Part shown: positions 8,810 through 22,112 of the stretch, piece after piece
Numbering within the stretch: the stretch's first letter is position 1
Layout of the letters: the number at the start of each line of letters is the position of its first letter
Assembly: GCA_902602295.1 (NCBI GenBank)
Contig: CACKQM010000003.1
Location: forward strand, 20,221 to 84,220
Source: an uncultured Pelagibacteraceae bacterium
GTDB taxonomy: Bacteria > Pseudomonadota > Alphaproteobacteria > Pelagibacterales > Pelagibacteraceae
Direction: 5' to 3'
DNA: 64,000 nt
Program-made: the position numbers and the translations under genes
Notes under the pieces: generated by a model
What the model was told of the DNA's origin: nothing
Database searches by the model: none
Seen by the model: only the letters and a program-made list of their open reading frames with translations

Positions 8810-9499
8810 ATGTCTTCAAAAAGATTTAAAAAACTTCCTGAAAAAACTACAGAACTTTCATCTGAAGTAATTGAAAAATTACTTCCAGTAGTTAAAAAAA
8901 ATTGTACAACTAAATTTGATGAGTCAGTCGATTTAAGTTTTCAGATCAACAATAAACAAAAAAAAAGTGAGATAAATATTAGGACTGTGGTAAATCTTCC
9001 TGGTGGAACTGGTAAAAAGATAAAAGTTGCTGTCGTATGTGAAGATACAAAATCTGATGAAGCTAAAAGTGCTGGTGCAGATATTGTTGGTGGTGATGAA
9101 TTTATCGAAAAAATTAAAAATGGTGAAATGGATTTTGAAAAATTAATTTGTACTCCATCCATGATGATTAAATTGTCAAAGTTAGGAAAAGTGTTAGGAC
9201 CAAAAGGTCTGATGCCCAATCCAAAATTAGGAACTGTGACAGAAAATTTAAAAACTGCAGTTTCAGATGCAAAATCTGGCCAAGCAGAAATTAGAAATGA
9301 TAAAGATGGAAATATAGGTGTAAGTATAGGAAAAAAATCTTTTACTGATGATAAGTTAATTAAAAATTTTAATGCTGTTATAGATACACTTGAAAAGGAA
9401 AAATCAAATAATACTGTAAAAGGAGATTTAATAAAATCTGTTTTTTTAACATCAACAATGGGTGTTTCGTATAAATTAAAATTAGGAAAAAATATTTAA
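8810..9499 (+). CDS. rplA: 50S ribosomal protein L1
   Basis: KFDESV, LGPKGLMPNPK, STMG. Confidence 0.98.
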   Translation: MSSKRFKKLPEKTTELSSEVIEKLLPVVKKNCTTKFDESVDLSFQINNKQKKSEINIRTVVNLPGGTGKKIKVAVVCEDTKSDEAKSAGADIVGGDEFIEKIKNGEMDFEKLICTPSMMIKLSKLGKVLGPKGLMPNPKLGTVTENLKTAVSDAKSGQAEIRNDKDGNIGVSIGKKSFTDDKLIKNFNAVIDTLEKEKSNNTVKGDLIKSVFLTSTMGVSYKLKLGKNI

Positions 9500-9502
9500 G
9501 TT

Positions 9503-10024
9503 ATGATGAATAAAGAGCAAAAGAAAAACTATATTGCTGAAATGACAACGCAATTTGAGAATAGTAAAGCAGTTATGGTTACTCACTATCAAGGTCTGAC
9601 AATGACTCAATTAGATGAATTAAGATCAAAAATGAGAGAACATGGTATAATTTTTAAAATCACAAAAAATAGAATTACAAAATTAGCTTTAGAAAAAACT
9701 AAGTGTAAAGATTTATCAAATTTATTTACCGGTCCAACAGCTGTTGCATTTGGAGAAGATGCAATTATGTCAGCTCGAATTTTATCTAAGTTTGCAAAAG
9801 ATAATGAGAATCTTAAGTTGATTGGTGGAATGATGGAAAATGAAATTCTTGATCAAGCTGGAGTAATGAATGTCGCAAATTTACCTACTTTAGACGAAGC
9901 AAGGGCTAATATTGTGGGTATTTTGAATGCATCTGCATCAAAATTAGTAAGTATTTTGCTTGCACGATCGGAAAAAATGAGTAGTTTACCTCCAGAAAAT
10001 TCTGAAACACAACCTAAAGAGTAA
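9503..10024 (+). CDS. rplJ: 50S ribosomal protein L10
   Basis: YQGLT, KN, GPTAVAF, LPT; synteny. Confidence 0.96.
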   Translation: MMNKEQKKNYIAEMTTQFENSKAVMVTHYQGLTMTQLDELRSKMREHGIIFKITKNRITKLALEKTKCKDLSNLFTGPTAVAFGEDAIMSARILSKFAKDNENLKLIGGMMENEILDQAGVMNVANLPTLDEARANIVGILNASASKLVSILLARSEKMSSLPPENSETQPKE

Positions 10025-10027
10025 ATT

Positions 10028-10393
10028 ATGCCAGATCTAAATAAAATTATAGAGGACTTATCGAGTTTAACTGTTGCTGAAGCAGCAGATCTTTCAAAAC
10101 AATTAGAGGAAAAATGGGGTGTTACGCCAATGGCGGCGGCAGCTCCAGCTGCAGCAGGAGCAGCAGCAGCGGCAGAAGATAAGGATGACTTTTCAATCAT
10201 GCTTGTTTCTGCAGGAGATAAAAAAATTAATGTTATTAAAGAAGTAAGAGCAGCAACTTCTCTTGGTCTAAAAGAAGCAAAAGACTTGGTAGAGGGCGCA
10301 CCTAAAGAAGTAAAAGCTGGTGTACCTAAAAAAGAAGCAGAGGAAATTAAAGCTAAGTTAGAAGCTGCAGGGGCAAAAGTAGAACTTAAGTAA
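10028..10393 (+). CDS. rplL: 50S ribosomal protein L7/L12
   Basis: Ala-rich hinge, [20 protein letters not shown]. Confidence 0.98.
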   Translation: MPDLNKIIEDLSSLTVAEAADLSKQLEEKWGVTPMAAAAPAAAGAAAAAEDKDDFSIMLVSAGDKKINVIKEVRAATSLGLKEAKDLVEGAPKEVKAGVPKKEAEEIKAKLEAAGAKVELK

Positions 10394-10411
10394 ATTAATA
10401 GGAAATTTTTA

Positions 10412-10441
10412 AGTACTGATTAATTAAATTTAATCAGTATT
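10412..10441 (+). terminator. Hairpin between rplL and rpoB (possible attenuator or processing site)
   Basis: Perfect 10-bp inverted repeat TACTGATTAA/TTAATCAGTA with a 6-nt loop; no strong U-tract. Confidence 0.5.
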
Positions 10442-10450
10442 AAAACATAG

Positions 10451-13400
10451 ATGCAAATATCTTTTACTGAAAAGAAAAATATTAGAAAGAGTTTTGGAAA
10501 ACTTAAAGAAAGTTTATCCATTCCCAATCTAATAGAAGTTCAAAAAAATTCATACGACGAATTAACATTTTTTAACCCTGAAGCAGGTGATTTAACTAAA
10601 GGATTTGACAGAGTATTTAAAAGTATTTTTCCTATTGAAGATCTAAATGATAAAGCAACTTTAGAATATGTATCATACCGACTTGAAAAACCAAAATTTG
10701 ATGTAGAAGAATGTATTGCTAGAGGCTTAACTTACTCCTCTGCTTTAAAATGCACATTGAGACTTGTTGTTTATGAAATAAATCAAGAAACCAACACTAA
10801 AGATATTTTGTCAGCAAAAGAGCAAGAGGTTTATATGGGTGAAGTACCTATGATGACTAATAGCGGTACATTCATAACGAATGGTGTTCAAAGGGTTGTT
10901 GTAAATCAAATGCATAGAAGCCCAGGAGTTTTTTTTGATCATGACAAAGGTAAAACTCATGCAAGTGGTAAACTTTTGTTTAATTGTAGAGTAATACCAA
11001 ATCGAGGATCTTGGTTAGATTTTGAATATGATGTAAAAGATTTTTTATATTTTAAGATTGATAGGAAGAAAAAAATTCTTGCATCTACTTTATTGCTTGC
11101 TCTTGGTTATTCAAAGAGCGAAATAGTAAATGAATTTTACGAGTCAGAAAAATATACTTTCGATACAAAATCAGAAAAGTGGAAAACAAAATTCAATCCT
11201 GAAAATTATAAAGCTAAAAACTTCTCTGAGGAAGTTGTTGATGCTAAATCAGGAAAGGTTGTAATCAAATTAGGGGAAAAAATAAATTATTTAAACGCGA
11301 AAAAATTATCTAATGATGGATTAAAAGATATTCTAGTTGCTAAAGAATCATTATTCGGAAAGTTTTTACATAAAGATATTAAATTAAATGATCAAGAGGA
11401 TGGATTATTAAAAATTGGTACTGAATTAAATGAGACAATCATTCAACAAATTTTAGATGCAAATATTACAAGTCTAGATATTTCTGTAACAAATTCTATA
11501 AACAAAGGTCCTTATTTACTCACTACAATCTTGAATGACAAAAATAATACTAAAGATGAGGCAATTACTGAAATTTATAAGATGTTAAGACCTGGTGAGC
11601 CTCCAACAATTGAAATAGCAACTCAAATTTTCAATAATTTATTCTTTAGTTCAGACCGATATGACTTGTCTGACGTTGGAAGAGTTAAAATGAATTCTAG
11701 ATTAGATTTAGAATGCTCAGATAAAATTACAATATTAAGAAATGATGATATTTTAGCAATAATTCGTAAAATGTTGGACTTAAGGGATGGTAAAGATGAT
11801 GTTGATGACATTGACCATCTTGGAAATAGAAGAGTTAGATCTGTAGGTGAATTAGTTGAAAATCAAGCTCGTATTGGTGTTTATAGAATGGAAAGAGCAA
11901 TTAAAGAAAAAATGACCACTTTAGATATCGAGTCAGCAATGCCACAAGATTTGATAAATGCAAAACCACTCACAATTTCACTAAAAGATTTTTTTGCAAG
12001 TTCTCAACTTTCTCAATTTATGGATCAAACAAATCCACTTTCAGAAATTACTCACAAAAGAAGAGTTTCTGCTTTAGGTCCTGGTGGACTAACAAGGGAG
12101 AGAGCTGGATTTGAGGTTAGAGACGTTCATCCAACTCACTATGGAAGAATCTGTCCTATTGAGACTCCAGAAGGTCCAAATATTGGTTTGATCAATAGTT
12201 TATCTACTTATGCAAAAATTAATAAATATGGTTTTATTGAAAGTCCTTACAAGAGAGTAAAAGAAGGTGTTGTTCAAGATAAAGTAGAATATTTGTCAGC
12301 AATGGAAGAAACAAAATTTACTATAGCCCAAGCGAATACTAAAATTGATAAAAATGGAAAGATAGTTGAGGAATTAGTCTCTTGTAGACAAAACTTAAAC
12401 TTCCTTTTAGCAAAACCTGAAACGATAGATTATATTGACGTATCACCTAAACAATTGGTTTCGGTGGCAGCTTCATTGATACCTTTCCTAGAGAATGATG
12501 ATGCGAACAGAGCATTAATGGGTTCTAACATGATGAGACAAGCAGTTCCGTTATTAAAACCTGAGGCACCTTTGGTTGGTACTGGAATAGAAAGTGATGT
12601 TGCATTAGATTCGGGAGTTACAATTGTTGCTAAAAGAGACGGCGTAGTAGATAAAATTGATGGTAAAAGAATTGTAATTAAAGTTACAGAGGAAACTGAT
12701 TTCTCAAAATCTGGTGTTGATATTTACAATTTACAAAAATTTAAAAGATCTAACCAAAACACGTGTATAAACCAAAGACCTTTAGTTAGAGTGGGGGATA
12801 AGGTAAAAACTGGTGATATCATTGCAGATGGTCCTTCTACAAAATTAGGTGAGTTAGCTCTAGGAAAAAATGTTACTGTAGCATTTATGCCTTGGCAAGG
12901 ATACAATTTTGAGGACTCTATTTTAATTTCAGAAAGATGTGTAACTGATGATGTATTTACTTCAGTACATATTGTTGAGTATGAGATTATGGCAAGAGAC
13001 ACAAAGCTTGGTGAAGAAGAAATTACAAGAGACATACCCAATGTTAATGAAGAAGCTTTAAAAAATTTAGATGAATCAGGAATAGTATACATTGGCGCAG
13101 AAGTAAACGCGGGTGATATATTAGTAGGAAAAGTAACTCCTAAAGGAGATTCAGCATCTGGTCCTGAGGAAAAGTTATTGAGATCAATTTTTGGAGAGAA
13201 AGCAATTGATGTAACGGATACATCTTTAAGGATGTCTAGAGGAAGCAGTGGTACCGTAGTTGATGTAAGAGTGTTTAATAGACATGGAATAGAAAAAGAT
13301 GAAAGATCTATCACAATTGAAAGAGCTGAAATTGATCAAGTTCAACAAGACAAAATTGTTGAAGAAGAAATTTTAGAGAGAAGTATCAAACAAAGAGCTG

Positions 13401-14539
13401 CACAAATTTTGTCAGGTGAGACTCTTTCTAAGAAAATAAAAGATGTTGAGGCAGGGTCTAAATTAGATTTTGAAACAATTAATAAAATATCTATTAATGA
13501 TTTATTTAAATTAGCTATTTCAAATCCAAAAAATGAAAATGCATTATTACAATTAAAAGATCAGTATAATAATGCAAAACAAGACATTACTGAAAGATTT
13601 GAAGATAAAGTTTTAAAAATAAGAAGTGGTGATGATTTATTGCCTAGTGTAATGAAGATGGTAAAAGTTTTTGTTGCAATTAAAAGAAGGTTAAGACCAG
13701 GTGATAAGATGTCAGGTAGACATGGTAATAAAGGTGTCGTCAGTAAAATTGTACCAGTTGAAGACATGCCTTATAGAGAAGATGGTCGACCAGTAGATAT
13801 AGTTTTAAATCCTTTAGGTGTTCCGAGTCGTATGAATGTGGGGCAAATTCTTGAAACTCATTTGGGATGGGCTTGTAAAGAATTTGGAGAACAAATTAAA
13901 AATATAGTTAACGAAAATAATAAAAAAATTGAGAGAAATGAAAAAATTGAGAGTTTTTTAAAATCTGTTTATGGTGAGGAAATATTTGATCAAAAAGTTG
14001 ATAAATTAAGTAAAACAGAATTTAAGGATTTATGTGAAAATTTACAAAATGGTATAGCTATATCCACACCAGTTTTTGATGGAGCTAAAGAAAAAAATGT
14101 AACAGAGATGTTAGAGTTAGCAAATTTACCTAAATCAGGACAAACTTATTTATGGGATGGAAGAACTGGTGAAAAATTTGACAGACCAGTTACTGTTGGA
14201 ATAATTTATATGCTTAAACTTCATCATTTGGTTGAGGATAAAATTCACGCTAGATCTACAGGTCCTTATAGCTTGGTGACTCAACAACCATTGGGTGGAA
14301 AAGCTCAATTAGGTGGACAAAGGTTTGGTGAAATGGAGGTATGGGCACTTGAGGCATATGGTGCATCATACACACTTCAAGAAATACTTACTGTAAAATC
14401 TGATGATGTTGCTGGAAGAGTAAAAGTTTATGAGACTATTGTTAAGGGTGAAGAAAACTTTGAGTCTGGAATACCAGAATCATTTAATGTACTTGTTAAA
14501 GAAATTAAATCTTTGGCATTAAATGTGGAATTAAATTAA
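10451..14539 (+). CDS. rpoB: RNA polymerase beta subunit
   Basis: [30 protein letters not shown]. Confidence 0.99.
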   Translation: MQISFTEKKNIRKSFGKLKESLSIPNLIEVQKNSYDELTFFNPEAGDLTKGFDRVFKSIFPIEDLNDKATLEYVSYRLEKPKFDVEECIARGLTYSSALKCTLRLVVYEINQETNTKDILSAKEQEVYMGEVPMMTNSGTFITNGVQRVVVNQMHRSPGVFFDHDKGKTHASGKLLFNCRVIPNRGSWLDFEYDVKDFLYFKIDRKKKILASTLLLALGYSKSEIVNEFYESEKYTFDTKSEKWKTKFNPENYKAKNFSEEVVDAKSGKVVIKLGEKINYLNAKKLSNDGLKDILVAKESLFGKFLHKDIKLNDQEDGLLKIGTELNETIIQQILDANITSLDISVTNSINKGPYLLTTILNDKNNTKDEAITEIYKMLRPGEPPTIEIATQIFNNLFFSSDRYDLSDVGRVKMNSRLDLECSDKITILRNDDILAIIRKMLDLRDGKDDVDDIDHLGNRRVRSVGELVENQARIGVYRMERAIKEKMTTLDIESAMPQDLINAKPLTISLKDFFASSQLSQFMDQTNPLSEITHKRRVSALGPGGLTRERAGFEVRDVHPTHYGRICPIETPEGPNIGLINSLSTYAKINKYGFIESPYKRVKEGVVQDKVEYLSAMEETKFTIAQANTKIDKNGKIVEELVSCRQNLNFLLAKPETIDYIDVSPKQLVSVAASLIPFLENDDANRALMGSNMMRQAVPLLKPEAPLVGTGIESDVALDSGVTIVAKRDGVVDKIDGKRIVIKVTEETDFSKSGVDIYNLQKFKRSNQNTCINQRPLVRVGDKVKTGDIIADGPSTKLGELALGKNVTVAFMPWQGYNFEDSILISERCVTDDVFTSVHIVEYEIMARDTKLGEEEITRDIPNVNEEALKNLDESGIVYIGAEVNAGDILVGKVTPKGDSASGPEEKLLRSIFGEKAIDVTDTSLRMSRGSSGTVVDVRVFNRHGIEKDERSITIERAEIDQVQQDKIVEEEILERSIKQRAAQILSGETLSKKIKDVEAGSKLDFETINKISINDLFKLAISNPKNENALLQLKDQYNNAKQDITERFEDKVLKIRSGDDLLPSVMKMVKVFVAIKRRLRPGDKMSGRHGNKGVVSKIVPVEDMPYREDGRPVDIVLNPLGVPSRMNVGQILETHLGWACKEFGEQIKNIVNENNKKIERNEKIESFLKSVYGEEIFDQKVDKLSKTEFKDLCENLQNGIAISTPVFDGAKEKNVTEMLELANLPKSGQTYLWDGRTGEKFDRPVTVGIIYMLKLHHLVEDKIHARSTGPYSLVTQQPLGGKAQLGGQRFGEMEVWALEAYGASYTLQEILTVKSDDVAGRVKVYETIVKGEENFESGIPESFNVLVKEIKSLALNVELN

Positions 14540-14541
14540 TT

Positions 14542-17500
14542 ATGAAAAAAGAACTAACAGATCTATTTAAAAATTCAGAAATATCTGAAGCTCAAAATTT
14601 TAATAGTATCAAGATCTCATTAGCTAGCCCAGAGAAAATAAAATCTTGGACCTATGGTGAAATTAAAAAACCAGAAACTATCAATTATAGAACTTTTAGA
14701 CCAGAGAAAGATGGCCTTTTCTGTGCAAGAATATTTGGTCCAATTAAAGATTACGAGTGTTTGTGTGGAAAATATAAAAGAATGAAATTTAGAGGTATCA
14801 TCTGTGAAAAATGTGGTGTTGAGGTAACAAAATCAAATGTTCGAAGAGAACGAATGGGTCACATTAATTTAGCTACACCTGTTGCACACATATGGTTTTT
14901 AAAATCATTACCAAGTCGAATAGCACTTGCTGTTGATATGAAGCTTAAAGAAGTTGAAAGAGTTTTATATTTTGAAAATTTTATTGTTATTGAGCCAGGT
15001 TTAACAGGTCTAAAAAAAAATCAACTATTGAATGAGGAAGAACTAGCAAAAGCTCAAGATGAACATGGTGAAGAGAATTTTACAGTAGGAATTGGAGCTG
15101 AAGCAGTTCTGGAAATGCTTAAAAATCTTGATTTAGATTTAGAGAGAAAAAGTCTTGTTGATTATATCAAAGAAACGAAATCAAAAGTTAATGAGGAAAG
15201 AGCTATTAAGAGATTAAAATTAATCGAGTCTTTTATTGAAACGGGTCAAAAACCTGAGTGGATGATTATGACTGTTGTTCCAGTTATTCCACCAGAATTA
15301 AGACCATTGGTTCCTTTAGATGGTGGAAGATTTGCAACATCAGATCTAAATGATCTTTATAGAAGGGTTATTAATAGAAATAATCGTTTAAAGAGACTAA
15401 TGGATCTTAAGGCACCAGATATTATCATCCGAAACGAAAAAAGAATGTTACAAGAATCTGTTGACGCGCTTTTTGATAATGGACGAAGAGGTAGAGTAAT
15501 TACTGGAACAGGTAAAAGACCATTAAAATCTTTAGCTGAGATGTTAAAAGGAAAACAAGGAAGATTTAGACAAAATCTTCTTGGTAAAAGAGTTGATTAC
15601 TCAGGTCGTTCAGTCATCGTAGTAGGTCCAGACCTAAAATTACACGAATGTGGGTTGCCAAAAAAAATGGCTTTAGAGTTATTTAAGCCATTTTTATATG
15701 CAAGACTTAATAAACTAGGTTTAGCTTCAACAATTAAACAAGCAAAAAAATTAGTTGAGAAAGAAACTAATGCTGTCTGGGACGCACTTGAATTAATTGT
15801 TAGAGAACATCCGGTTTTATTAAATAGGGCTCCAACACTTCATAGGTTGGGTGTTCAAGCTTTTGAACCAAAATTAATTGAGGGAGATGCGATTGAATTA
15901 CATCCCTTAACATGTGCTGCATTTAATGCAGATTTTGATGGTGATCAAATGGCTGTTCATGTTCCTTTAAGTTTGGAGGCACAACTTGAGGCCAGAATAT
16001 TAATGCTATCAACTAACAATATTCTTTCTCCATCTAACGGAAAACCAATAATTGTCCCTAGTCAGGATATGATTTTAGGAATTTATTATTTATCTCAAGA
16101 ACCGGTCACTGATAAGCCAGCTGGATATTTTTTAAATGCAGATCAAATTGAATTTGCCCTTTCTTCTGGTCAAATAAAAGTCCATAGTACGATTATCTCT
16201 AGATTTGAAACAATTGACGAAAAAGGTAATCAAAAATTTGAGAAGTACACTTCTACTGCAGGAAGATTTCTATTAGCTAACTTATTACCAAAAAATAATA
16301 ATATTAAGTTTTCCTTAATTGATAGAATTTTACCAAAGAAAACAGTTTCAGAAATTATTGATATTGTCTTTAGATTTTGTGGTCAAAAAACAACAGTTAT
16401 TTTCTGTGATAAATTAAAAGATTTAGGCTTTAAACATGCATTTAAAGCTGGGATTTCCTTTGGAAAAGATGATTTAGTTATCCCCGAAAATAAGACACAA
16501 TTAATAGATGACACAAAAAAACTAATTGCTGATTATGAGACACAATATGCGGAAGGTTTAATCACTAGAGGTGAAAAATATAATAAAGTCGTTGATGCTT
16601 GGTCAAAATGTACTGATAAAGTTGCTGGTGAGATGATGAAAGGAATTTCTGCAACAGAGAAAACTTCAGAGGGATTGAAAATAAATTCAGTATTTATGAT
16701 GGCAGATAGTGGAGCAAGAGGATCTGCAGCACAAATGAAACAATTAGCTGGAATGAGAGGACTTATTGCAAAACCATCAGGTGAAATTATTGAAAGTCCA
16801 ATAACCTCGAATTTTAAAGAAGGTTTAACCGCATTAGAATATTTTAACTCTACACATGGTGCTAGAAAAGGTCTAGCCGATACAGCCCTTAAAACTGCAA
16901 GTTCAGGTTATTTAACTAGAAGACTTTGCGATGTTGCTCAAGATTTAACAATTACAAAAAAAAATTGTGATAATCCTGGTTTTATAGAATTATCAGAAAT
17001 ATTAGAAGGTGGTAATGTCGTTGTGAGTTTATCTGAAAGAGCTTTGGGTAGAGTTGTTGCAACTGATGTAAAGCACCCTATAACTGGCGAAGTAATAATC
17101 AAAAAATCATCAATGATAGACGAATTTGGTTGCGATAAAATTGATTCTGCAGGAATAAAATCATTGAAAGTTTTTTCAGTTATGACGTGTAGTTCCAAAG
17201 AAGGTGTTTGTGCAACTTGTTACGGACGAGACTTATCAAGAGGTCAAATGGTACATGTTGGTGAAGCTATTGGAATGATTTCTGCACAATCGATTGGAGA
17301 ACCAGGGACGCAATTAACAATGAGAACTTTCCACGTAGGTGGTACTGCTTCAGTGAAACAAGACTCACAAATAGTAACTAAAAATGAGGGAACTTTAAAG
17401 ATTATTAATTCAAATATTTTAGAGGACTCTAAAAAGAACTTAATTGTCATGGGTAGAAATACACAATTATCTATTGAGGACGATAATGGAGTTCAAATTG

Positions 17501-18705
17501 CAGTTTATAAAGTAGCCTATGGTTCGAAATTATTTTTTAAAAATGATGACAAAGTTAAAGCTAATACAAAAATTTGTGAATGGGATCCTTACACCACCCC
17601 AGTGATTGCTGAAAAAAGTGGTATTGCAAGCTATGTTGATTTAATTGATGGTGTATCAATTCAAGAGACTACAGATGATGCGACAGGTATTTCTTCAAAA
17701 TCAGTAGTTGATTGGCGTTCTCAATCAAAAAGTACAGATTTAAAACCAAGAATTACTTTAAGAGATGAAAAAGGAAACGTTATTAAAAAAGCGGATGATA
17801 ATGAAGCAAGATATTATTTAGTTCCTGACTCAATTTTATCTGTTAAAGATGGTCAAAAAGTTTCTGCTGGTGATGTGATTGCTAGATTACCTAAAGAAAC
17901 TACTAAAACTAAAGATATCACTGGAGGTCTTCCAAGAGTTGCTGAATTGTTTGAAGCTAGAAAAGCTAAAGATAGTGCAATTATTGCTGAAAATGATGGA
18001 CAAGTTATATTTGGAAAAGAAGTTAGAGGAAAACAAAGAATATCAATTGTGCCTGAAGATGGATCAGAACCATCTAATTATTTAATACCCAAAGGAAAAC
18101 ATATCAATTTTAATCAGGGTGAAAAAATTAAAAAAGGAGAATATTTATTAGATGGACAGCCATTACCACACGATATTCTCAGAATTATGGGCATAAAAGA
18201 TTTAACTGAGTATTTTGTTAATCAGGTTCAAGAGGTTTATAGATTACAAGGTGTAATTATTAACGATAAACACATAGAAACTATTTTAAGACAAATGTTG
18301 AAAAAAGTTGAGGTAAAAACAACTGGTGATTCCTCTTATTTACCTGGTGAAATTATTGATAGAATTAAATTTGATAATGTTAATGAAAAATTAAAATCTG
18401 AAGGTAAAAAACCAGCCACTGGAGAAAGAGTTTTAATGGGAATTACCAAAGCTTCTCTGCAGACAGAGTCATTTATTTCTGCTGCATCATTCCAGGAAAC
18501 TACAAGAGTTCTTACAGATGCTGCTATCAAGGGTAAAGTTGATCCACTCAATGGTTTAAAAGAGAATGTAATAGTTGGACGATTAGTGCCTGCTGGAACT
18601 GGTAATATTAAAAATAAATGGAACAAAAAAGCTCTACAGGATGACAATAAATTTCTTTCTGAGCAGGAACAGATTGAACAGCCCGAAACCCCTGTAAATC
18701 AATAA
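14542..18705 (+). CDS. rpoC: RNA polymerase beta' subunit
   Basis: NADFDGDQM, Zn-finger Cys residues, [13 protein letters not shown]. Confidence 0.99.
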   Translation: MKKELTDLFKNSEISEAQNFNSIKISLASPEKIKSWTYGEIKKPETINYRTFRPEKDGLFCARIFGPIKDYECLCGKYKRMKFRGIICEKCGVEVTKSNVRRERMGHINLATPVAHIWFLKSLPSRIALAVDMKLKEVERVLYFENFIVIEPGLTGLKKNQLLNEEELAKAQDEHGEENFTVGIGAEAVLEMLKNLDLDLERKSLVDYIKETKSKVNEERAIKRLKLIESFIETGQKPEWMIMTVVPVIPPELRPLVPLDGGRFATSDLNDLYRRVINRNNRLKRLMDLKAPDIIIRNEKRMLQESVDALFDNGRRGRVITGTGKRPLKSLAEMLKGKQGRFRQNLLGKRVDYSGRSVIVVGPDLKLHECGLPKKMALELFKPFLYARLNKLGLASTIKQAKKLVEKETNAVWDALELIVREHPVLLNRAPTLHRLGVQAFEPKLIEGDAIELHPLTCAAFNADFDGDQMAVHVPLSLEAQLEARILMLSTNNILSPSNGKPIIVPSQDMILGIYYLSQEPVTDKPAGYFLNADQIEFALSSGQIKVHSTIISRFETIDEKGNQKFEKYTSTAGRFLLANLLPKNNNIKFSLIDRILPKKTVSEIIDIVFRFCGQKTTVIFCDKLKDLGFKHAFKAGISFGKDDLVIPENKTQLIDDTKKLIADYETQYAEGLITRGEKYNKVVDAWSKCTDKVAGEMMKGISATEKTSEGLKINSVFMMADSGARGSAAQMKQLAGMRGLIAKPSGEIIESPITSNFKEGLTALEYFNSTHGARKGLADTALKTASSGYLTRRLCDVAQDLTITKKNCDNPGFIELSEILEGGNVVVSLSERALGRVVATDVKHPITGEVIIKKSSMIDEFGCDKIDSAGIKSLKVFSVMTCSSKEGVCATCYGRDLSRGQMVHVGEAIGMISAQSIGEPGTQLTMRTFHVGGTASVKQDSQIVTKNEGTLKIINSNILEDSKKNLIVMGRNTQLSIEDDNGVQIAVYKVAYGSKLFFKNDDKVKANTKICEWDPYTTPVIAEKSGIASYVDLIDGVSIQETTDDATGISSKSVVDWRSQSKSTDLKPRITLRDEKGNVIKKADDNEARYYLVPDSILSVKDGQKVSAGDVIARLPKETTKTKDITGGLPRVAELFEARKAKDSAIIAENDGQVIFGKEVRGKQRISIVPEDGSEPSNYLIPKGKHINFNQGEKIKKGEYLLDGQPLPHDILRIMGIKDLTEYFVNQVQEVYRLQGVIINDKHIETILRQMLKKVEVKTTGDSSYLPGEIIDRIKFDNVNEKLKSEGKKPATGERVLMGITKASLQTESFISAASFQETTRVLTDAAIKGKVDPLNGLKENVIVGRLVPAGTGNIKNKWNKKALQDDNKFLSEQEQIEQPETPVNQ

Positions 18706-18734
18706 AAATAACATGTTTGTTAACTAGTTTTAGT

Positions 18735-18762
18735 TTGACAAAATTAAATTAATAAGTATTTT
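18735..18762 (+). promoter_or_regulatory. Putative sigma70 promoter for rpsL
   Basis: TTGACA-N16-TATTTT directly upstream of a structured leader. Confidence 0.6.
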
Positions 18763-18767
18763 GGCGA

Positions 18768-18848
18768 TATTTTTGGTTGGAATGTAGTGTTAACTTTAGA
18801 CACTAAACGCTGCCACAAATAACCTGTCAGTTATTCCACTCAAAAATA
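18768..18848 (+). ncRNA. rpsL (str operon) structured 5' leader RNA
   Basis: Closing stem TATTTTTG/CAAAAATA and TGGAAT/ATTCCA enclosing hairpin TAGTGT/ACACTA; alternative ATAAC/GTTAT pairing; rpsL leaders are known in SAR11/Rickettsiales. Confidence 0.7.
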
Positions 18849-18870
18849 AACAATTATAAAATTTACAGAT

Positions 18871-19242
18871 ATGCCAACTATTAATCAGTTGTTAAGAAAA
18901 AAAAGAACTAAACCAATTGCTAGGAACAAAGTACCAGCATTACAAAAACAGCCACTCAAACGAGGTGTTTGTGTAAAAGTTTATACGACAACTCCCAAAA
19001 AACCTAATTCAGCTTTAAGAAAAGTTGCTAGAGTTAGATTATCAAATGGTTTTGAAGTAACTGCTTATATACCTGGAGAAGGTCATAATCTCCAAGAACA
19101 CTCTGTCGTATTAATTAGAGGTGGTAGGGTAAAAGATTTACCAGGTGTACGTTATCACATTTTAAGAGGTAATTTAGACACTCAAGGAGTGGCAAATAGA
19201 AAGAAAAGAAGATCTTTGTATGGAACAAAAAAAGGTAAATAG
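18871..19242 (+). CDS. rpsL: 30S ribosomal protein S12
   Basis: [20 protein letters not shown]. Confidence 0.99.
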   Translation: MPTINQLLRKKRTKPIARNKVPALQKQPLKRGVCVKVYTTTPKKPNSALRKVARVRLSNGFEVTAYIPGEGHNLQEHSVVLIRGGRVKDLPGVRYHILRGNLDTQGVANRKKRRSLYGTKKGK

Positions 19243-19244
19243 AT

Positions 19245-19715
19245 ATGTCTAGAAAAAAAACTCAACCTAAAAAAAATATTGTTCCTGATCCAAAATTTAA
19301 TTCCACAATTATTCCTAAATTAATTAATAATATTATGTACGATGGTAAAAGAGGGGTAGCTACTAAAATAGTTTACGATGCAATCGAAAAGATAAAAACA
19401 AAATCAAAAGATGAGCCTATCAATATTTTTAATGAAGCAATCAATAATATTAAACCCACTGTAGAAGTAAGATCACGAAGAGTAGGTGGAGCTACCTATC
19501 AAGTTCCAGTTGAAGTTAAAAGTAAAAGAGCACAAGCTTTAGCTATCAGATGGCTTATTGATTCAGCAAGAAAAAGAAAAGATAAACATATGTCTGATAA
19601 AATTTTTAATGAACTTTATGATGCATATGAAAAAAAAGGTGCAGCTGTAAAAAAAAAAGAGGATGTGCATAAAATGGCAGAGTCAAATAAGGCTTTTGCA
19701 CACTTTAGGTGGTAA
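19245..19715 (+). CDS. rpsG: 30S ribosomal protein S7
   Basis: RRVGGATYQVP, NKAFAHFRW. Confidence 0.99.
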   Translation: MSRKKTQPKKNIVPDPKFNSTIIPKLINNIMYDGKRGVATKIVYDAIEKIKTKSKDEPINIFNEAINNIKPTVEVRSRRVGGATYQVPVEVKSKRAQALAIRWLIDSARKRKDKHMSDKIFNELYDAYEKKGAAVKKKEDVHKMAESNKAFAHFRW

Positions 19716-19721
19716 AATATT

Positions 19722-21800
19722 ATGGCTAGATCTCACACATTAGACAAATATAGAAACATAGGGATTATGGCCCACATAGATGCCGGTAAAACAACTACAA
19801 CTGAAAGAATTTTATATTACACAGGGAAAAGTCATAAAATTGGTGAAGTTCATGATGGTGCAGCTACCATGGATTGGATGGAACAAGAACAAGAAAGAGG
19901 CATTACAATTACATCAGCAGCAACAACGTGCTTTTGGCAAGATCATAGAATTAATATTATCGATACACCAGGTCACGTAGATTTTACCATTGAAGTTGAA
20001 AGATCACTTAAGGTACTTGATGGAGCTGTTGCAGTGTTTGATGGTGTAGCAGGTGTGGAACCTCAATCAGAAACAGTATGGCGACAGGCTGATAAATATA
20101 AAGTACCAAGAATTTGTTTTGTAAATAAGCTAGATAGAACTGGTGCAGACTTTTTTAGGTGTGTAGATATGATTAAAGATAGATTGGGAGCAAAACCATT
20201 GGTCATACAAGTACCAATCGGTATTGAAGCCTCTCTAACAGGTGTTGTTGACCTTGTTAAAATGAAAGCACAAGTTTGGAAAAATGAGGCTTTAGGTGCT
20301 GAATGGGAATATAAAGAAATCCCAGAAGATCTTAAAGAAATCTCTCAAAAATATCGAACAGAATTAGTCGAAATGGCGGTTGAGCAAGATGAAAAACTGA
20401 TGGAGTCTTATCTAAATGGTGAGGAAATAAAAGAAGAAGATTTAATTAAATGTATCAGAAAAGGAACATTAAATTTTGATTTTGTTCCTGTATTAACTGG
20501 TTCAGCTTTTAAAAATAAGGGTGTTCAGCCACTACTTGATGCGGTGATTAACTATCTTCCAAGCCCTATCGATATTGGTTCAATTAAAGGGACTAAATTG
20601 GGATCAGAGGATGAAATTGAAATGAAATTTGATGATAGTGCACCATTTTCTGCGCTAGCATTTAAGGTAGCAAATGACCCATTTGTTGGATCTTTAACAT
20701 TTATTAGAATTTATTCAGGTACAATAAAAACAGGAACAGCTGTATACAATTCATCAAAAGAAAAAGAAGAAAGAGTCGGCAGGATGTTATTAATGCACGC
20801 TAACTCTCGAGAGGACATAAAAGAAGCTAACGCAGGAGATATTGTATCACTAGCTGGCTTGAAGAATACCATTACTGGTCACACGTTATGTAATAAAGAT
20901 AATCCAGTCCTTCTCGAACCTATGGAATTTCCTGACCCAGTAATTGAAATTGCTGTTGAACCAAAAACAAAAGCTGACCAAGAAAAAATGGGAGAAGCTT
21001 TGGGTAGATTAGCTAAAGAAGATCCCTCATTTAGAGTTTCATCTGATGAAGAGTCTGGACAAACAATAATTAAGGGAATGGGTGAATTACACTTAGACAT
21101 CATAGTTGATAGAATGAAAAGAGAATTTAAAGTTGAAGCAAATGTTGGGGCTCCACAAGTAGCATACAGAGAAACAATAGAAAACTCATCAGAGGTAGAA
21201 TACACACATAAAAAACAAAGTGGCGGTGCAGGACAATTCGCAAAAGTCAAATTATTAGTAGAACCGCAAGAACCTGGTAAAGGGAGAGCTGTTGAAAGTA
21301 AAATTAAAGGTGGAGCTATTCCAAAAGAATTCATTCCAGGTGTGGAAAAAGGTATCGAAACAGTATCAGATGGTGGAATTTTAGCAGGATTTCCAATGAT
21401 TGATTATAAAGTTACAATTTTAGATGGTTTACATCACGACGTTGATTCTAGTGTATTAGCTTTTGAACTAGCAAGTAGAGCATGTTTTAAAGATGCTTGT
21501 ACAAAAGGTGGTTTAAAATTATTAGAGCCAGTCATGAGAGTTGAAGTAGTAACGCCAGAAGACTATATGGGCGATGTTATTGGAGACTTAAATAGTCGAA
21601 GAGGACAAATAAGCACTCAAGAACAAAGAGGTAATGCAACTGTAATAACCGCAATGGTGCCTTTAGCAAATATGTTCGGATACATTAATAGTTTAAGATC
21701 AATGTCACAAGGGCGAGCACAATATTCAATGTTTTTTGATCACTACGCAAAAGTGCCACAAAATGTTCAAGACGAAGTAACAAAAAAAATAGCAGGCTAA
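19722..21800 (+). CDS. fusA: Elongation factor G
   Basis: [28 protein letters not shown]. Confidence 0.99.
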   Translation: MARSHTLDKYRNIGIMAHIDAGKTTTTERILYYTGKSHKIGEVHDGAATMDWMEQEQERGITITSAATTCFWQDHRINIIDTPGHVDFTIEVERSLKVLDGAVAVFDGVAGVEPQSETVWRQADKYKVPRICFVNKLDRTGADFFRCVDMIKDRLGAKPLVIQVPIGIEASLTGVVDLVKMKAQVWKNEALGAEWEYKEIPEDLKEISQKYRTELVEMAVEQDEKLMESYLNGEEIKEEDLIKCIRKGTLNFDFVPVLTGSAFKNKGVQPLLDAVINYLPSPIDIGSIKGTKLGSEDEIEMKFDDSAPFSALAFKVANDPFVGSLTFIRIYSGTIKTGTAVYNSSKEKEERVGRMLLMHANSREDIKEANAGDIVSLAGLKNTITGHTLCNKDNPVLLEPMEFPDPVIEIAVEPKTKADQEKMGEALGRLAKEDPSFRVSSDEESGQTIIKGMGELHLDIIVDRMKREFKVEANVGAPQVAYRETIENSSEVEYTHKKQSGGAGQFAKVKLLVEPQEPGKGRAVESKIKGGAIPKEFIPGVEKGIETVSDGGILAGFPMIDYKVTILDGLHHDVDSSVLAFELASRACFKDACTKGGLKLLEPVMRVEVVTPEDYMGDVIGDLNSRRGQISTQEQRGNATVITAMVPLANMFGYINSLRSMSQGRAQYSMFFDHYAKVPQNVQDEVTKKIAG

Positions 21801-21801
21801 A

Positions 21802-22110
21802 ATGGAAAAACAGAATATTAGAATTAAACTTAGAGCTTACGACAATAAGATTTTAGATGCTTCAACTGAAGAGATTGTTAATACAGTCAAAAGAACTGGA
21901 GCTACAATAAAAGGTCCAATTCCATTACCAACTAGAATTGAAAGATATACAGTTTTAAGATCTCCTCATATAGATAAAAAAAGTAGAGAACAATTTGAGT
22001 CGAGAACTCATAAAAGATTAATTGATATAATTGAGCCAACACCACAGACTGTCGAGGCTTTAATGAAATTAGATTTAGCATCAGGTGTCGATGTGGAGAT
22101 TAAGATATAA
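21802..22110 (+). CDS. rpsJ: 30S ribosomal protein S10
   Basis: [19 protein letters not shown]. Confidence 0.99.
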   Translation: MEKQNIRIKLRAYDNKILDASTEEIVNTVKRTGATIKGPIPLPTRIERYTVLRSPHIDKKSREQFESRTHKRLIDIIEPTPQTVEALMKLDLASGVDVEIKI

Positions 22111-22112
22111 TT

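Noticed and set aside
11980-12090. rpoB rifampicin-resistance region, also rpsL K43/K88
   Set aside because: Residues match the usual sensitive-type consensus
12724-13314. 196-aa antisense ORF inside rpoB, and similar antisense ORFs in fusA, rpoC, secY, trhO, soxA and others
   Set aside because: Typical in-register antisense ORFs produced by codon bias; Ser/Ile/Phe-rich with no recognisable motifs
14530-14550. Possible rpoB-rpoC fusion or inteins
   Set aside because: Separate ORFs with a stop codon and 2-bp gap; lengths are ordinary
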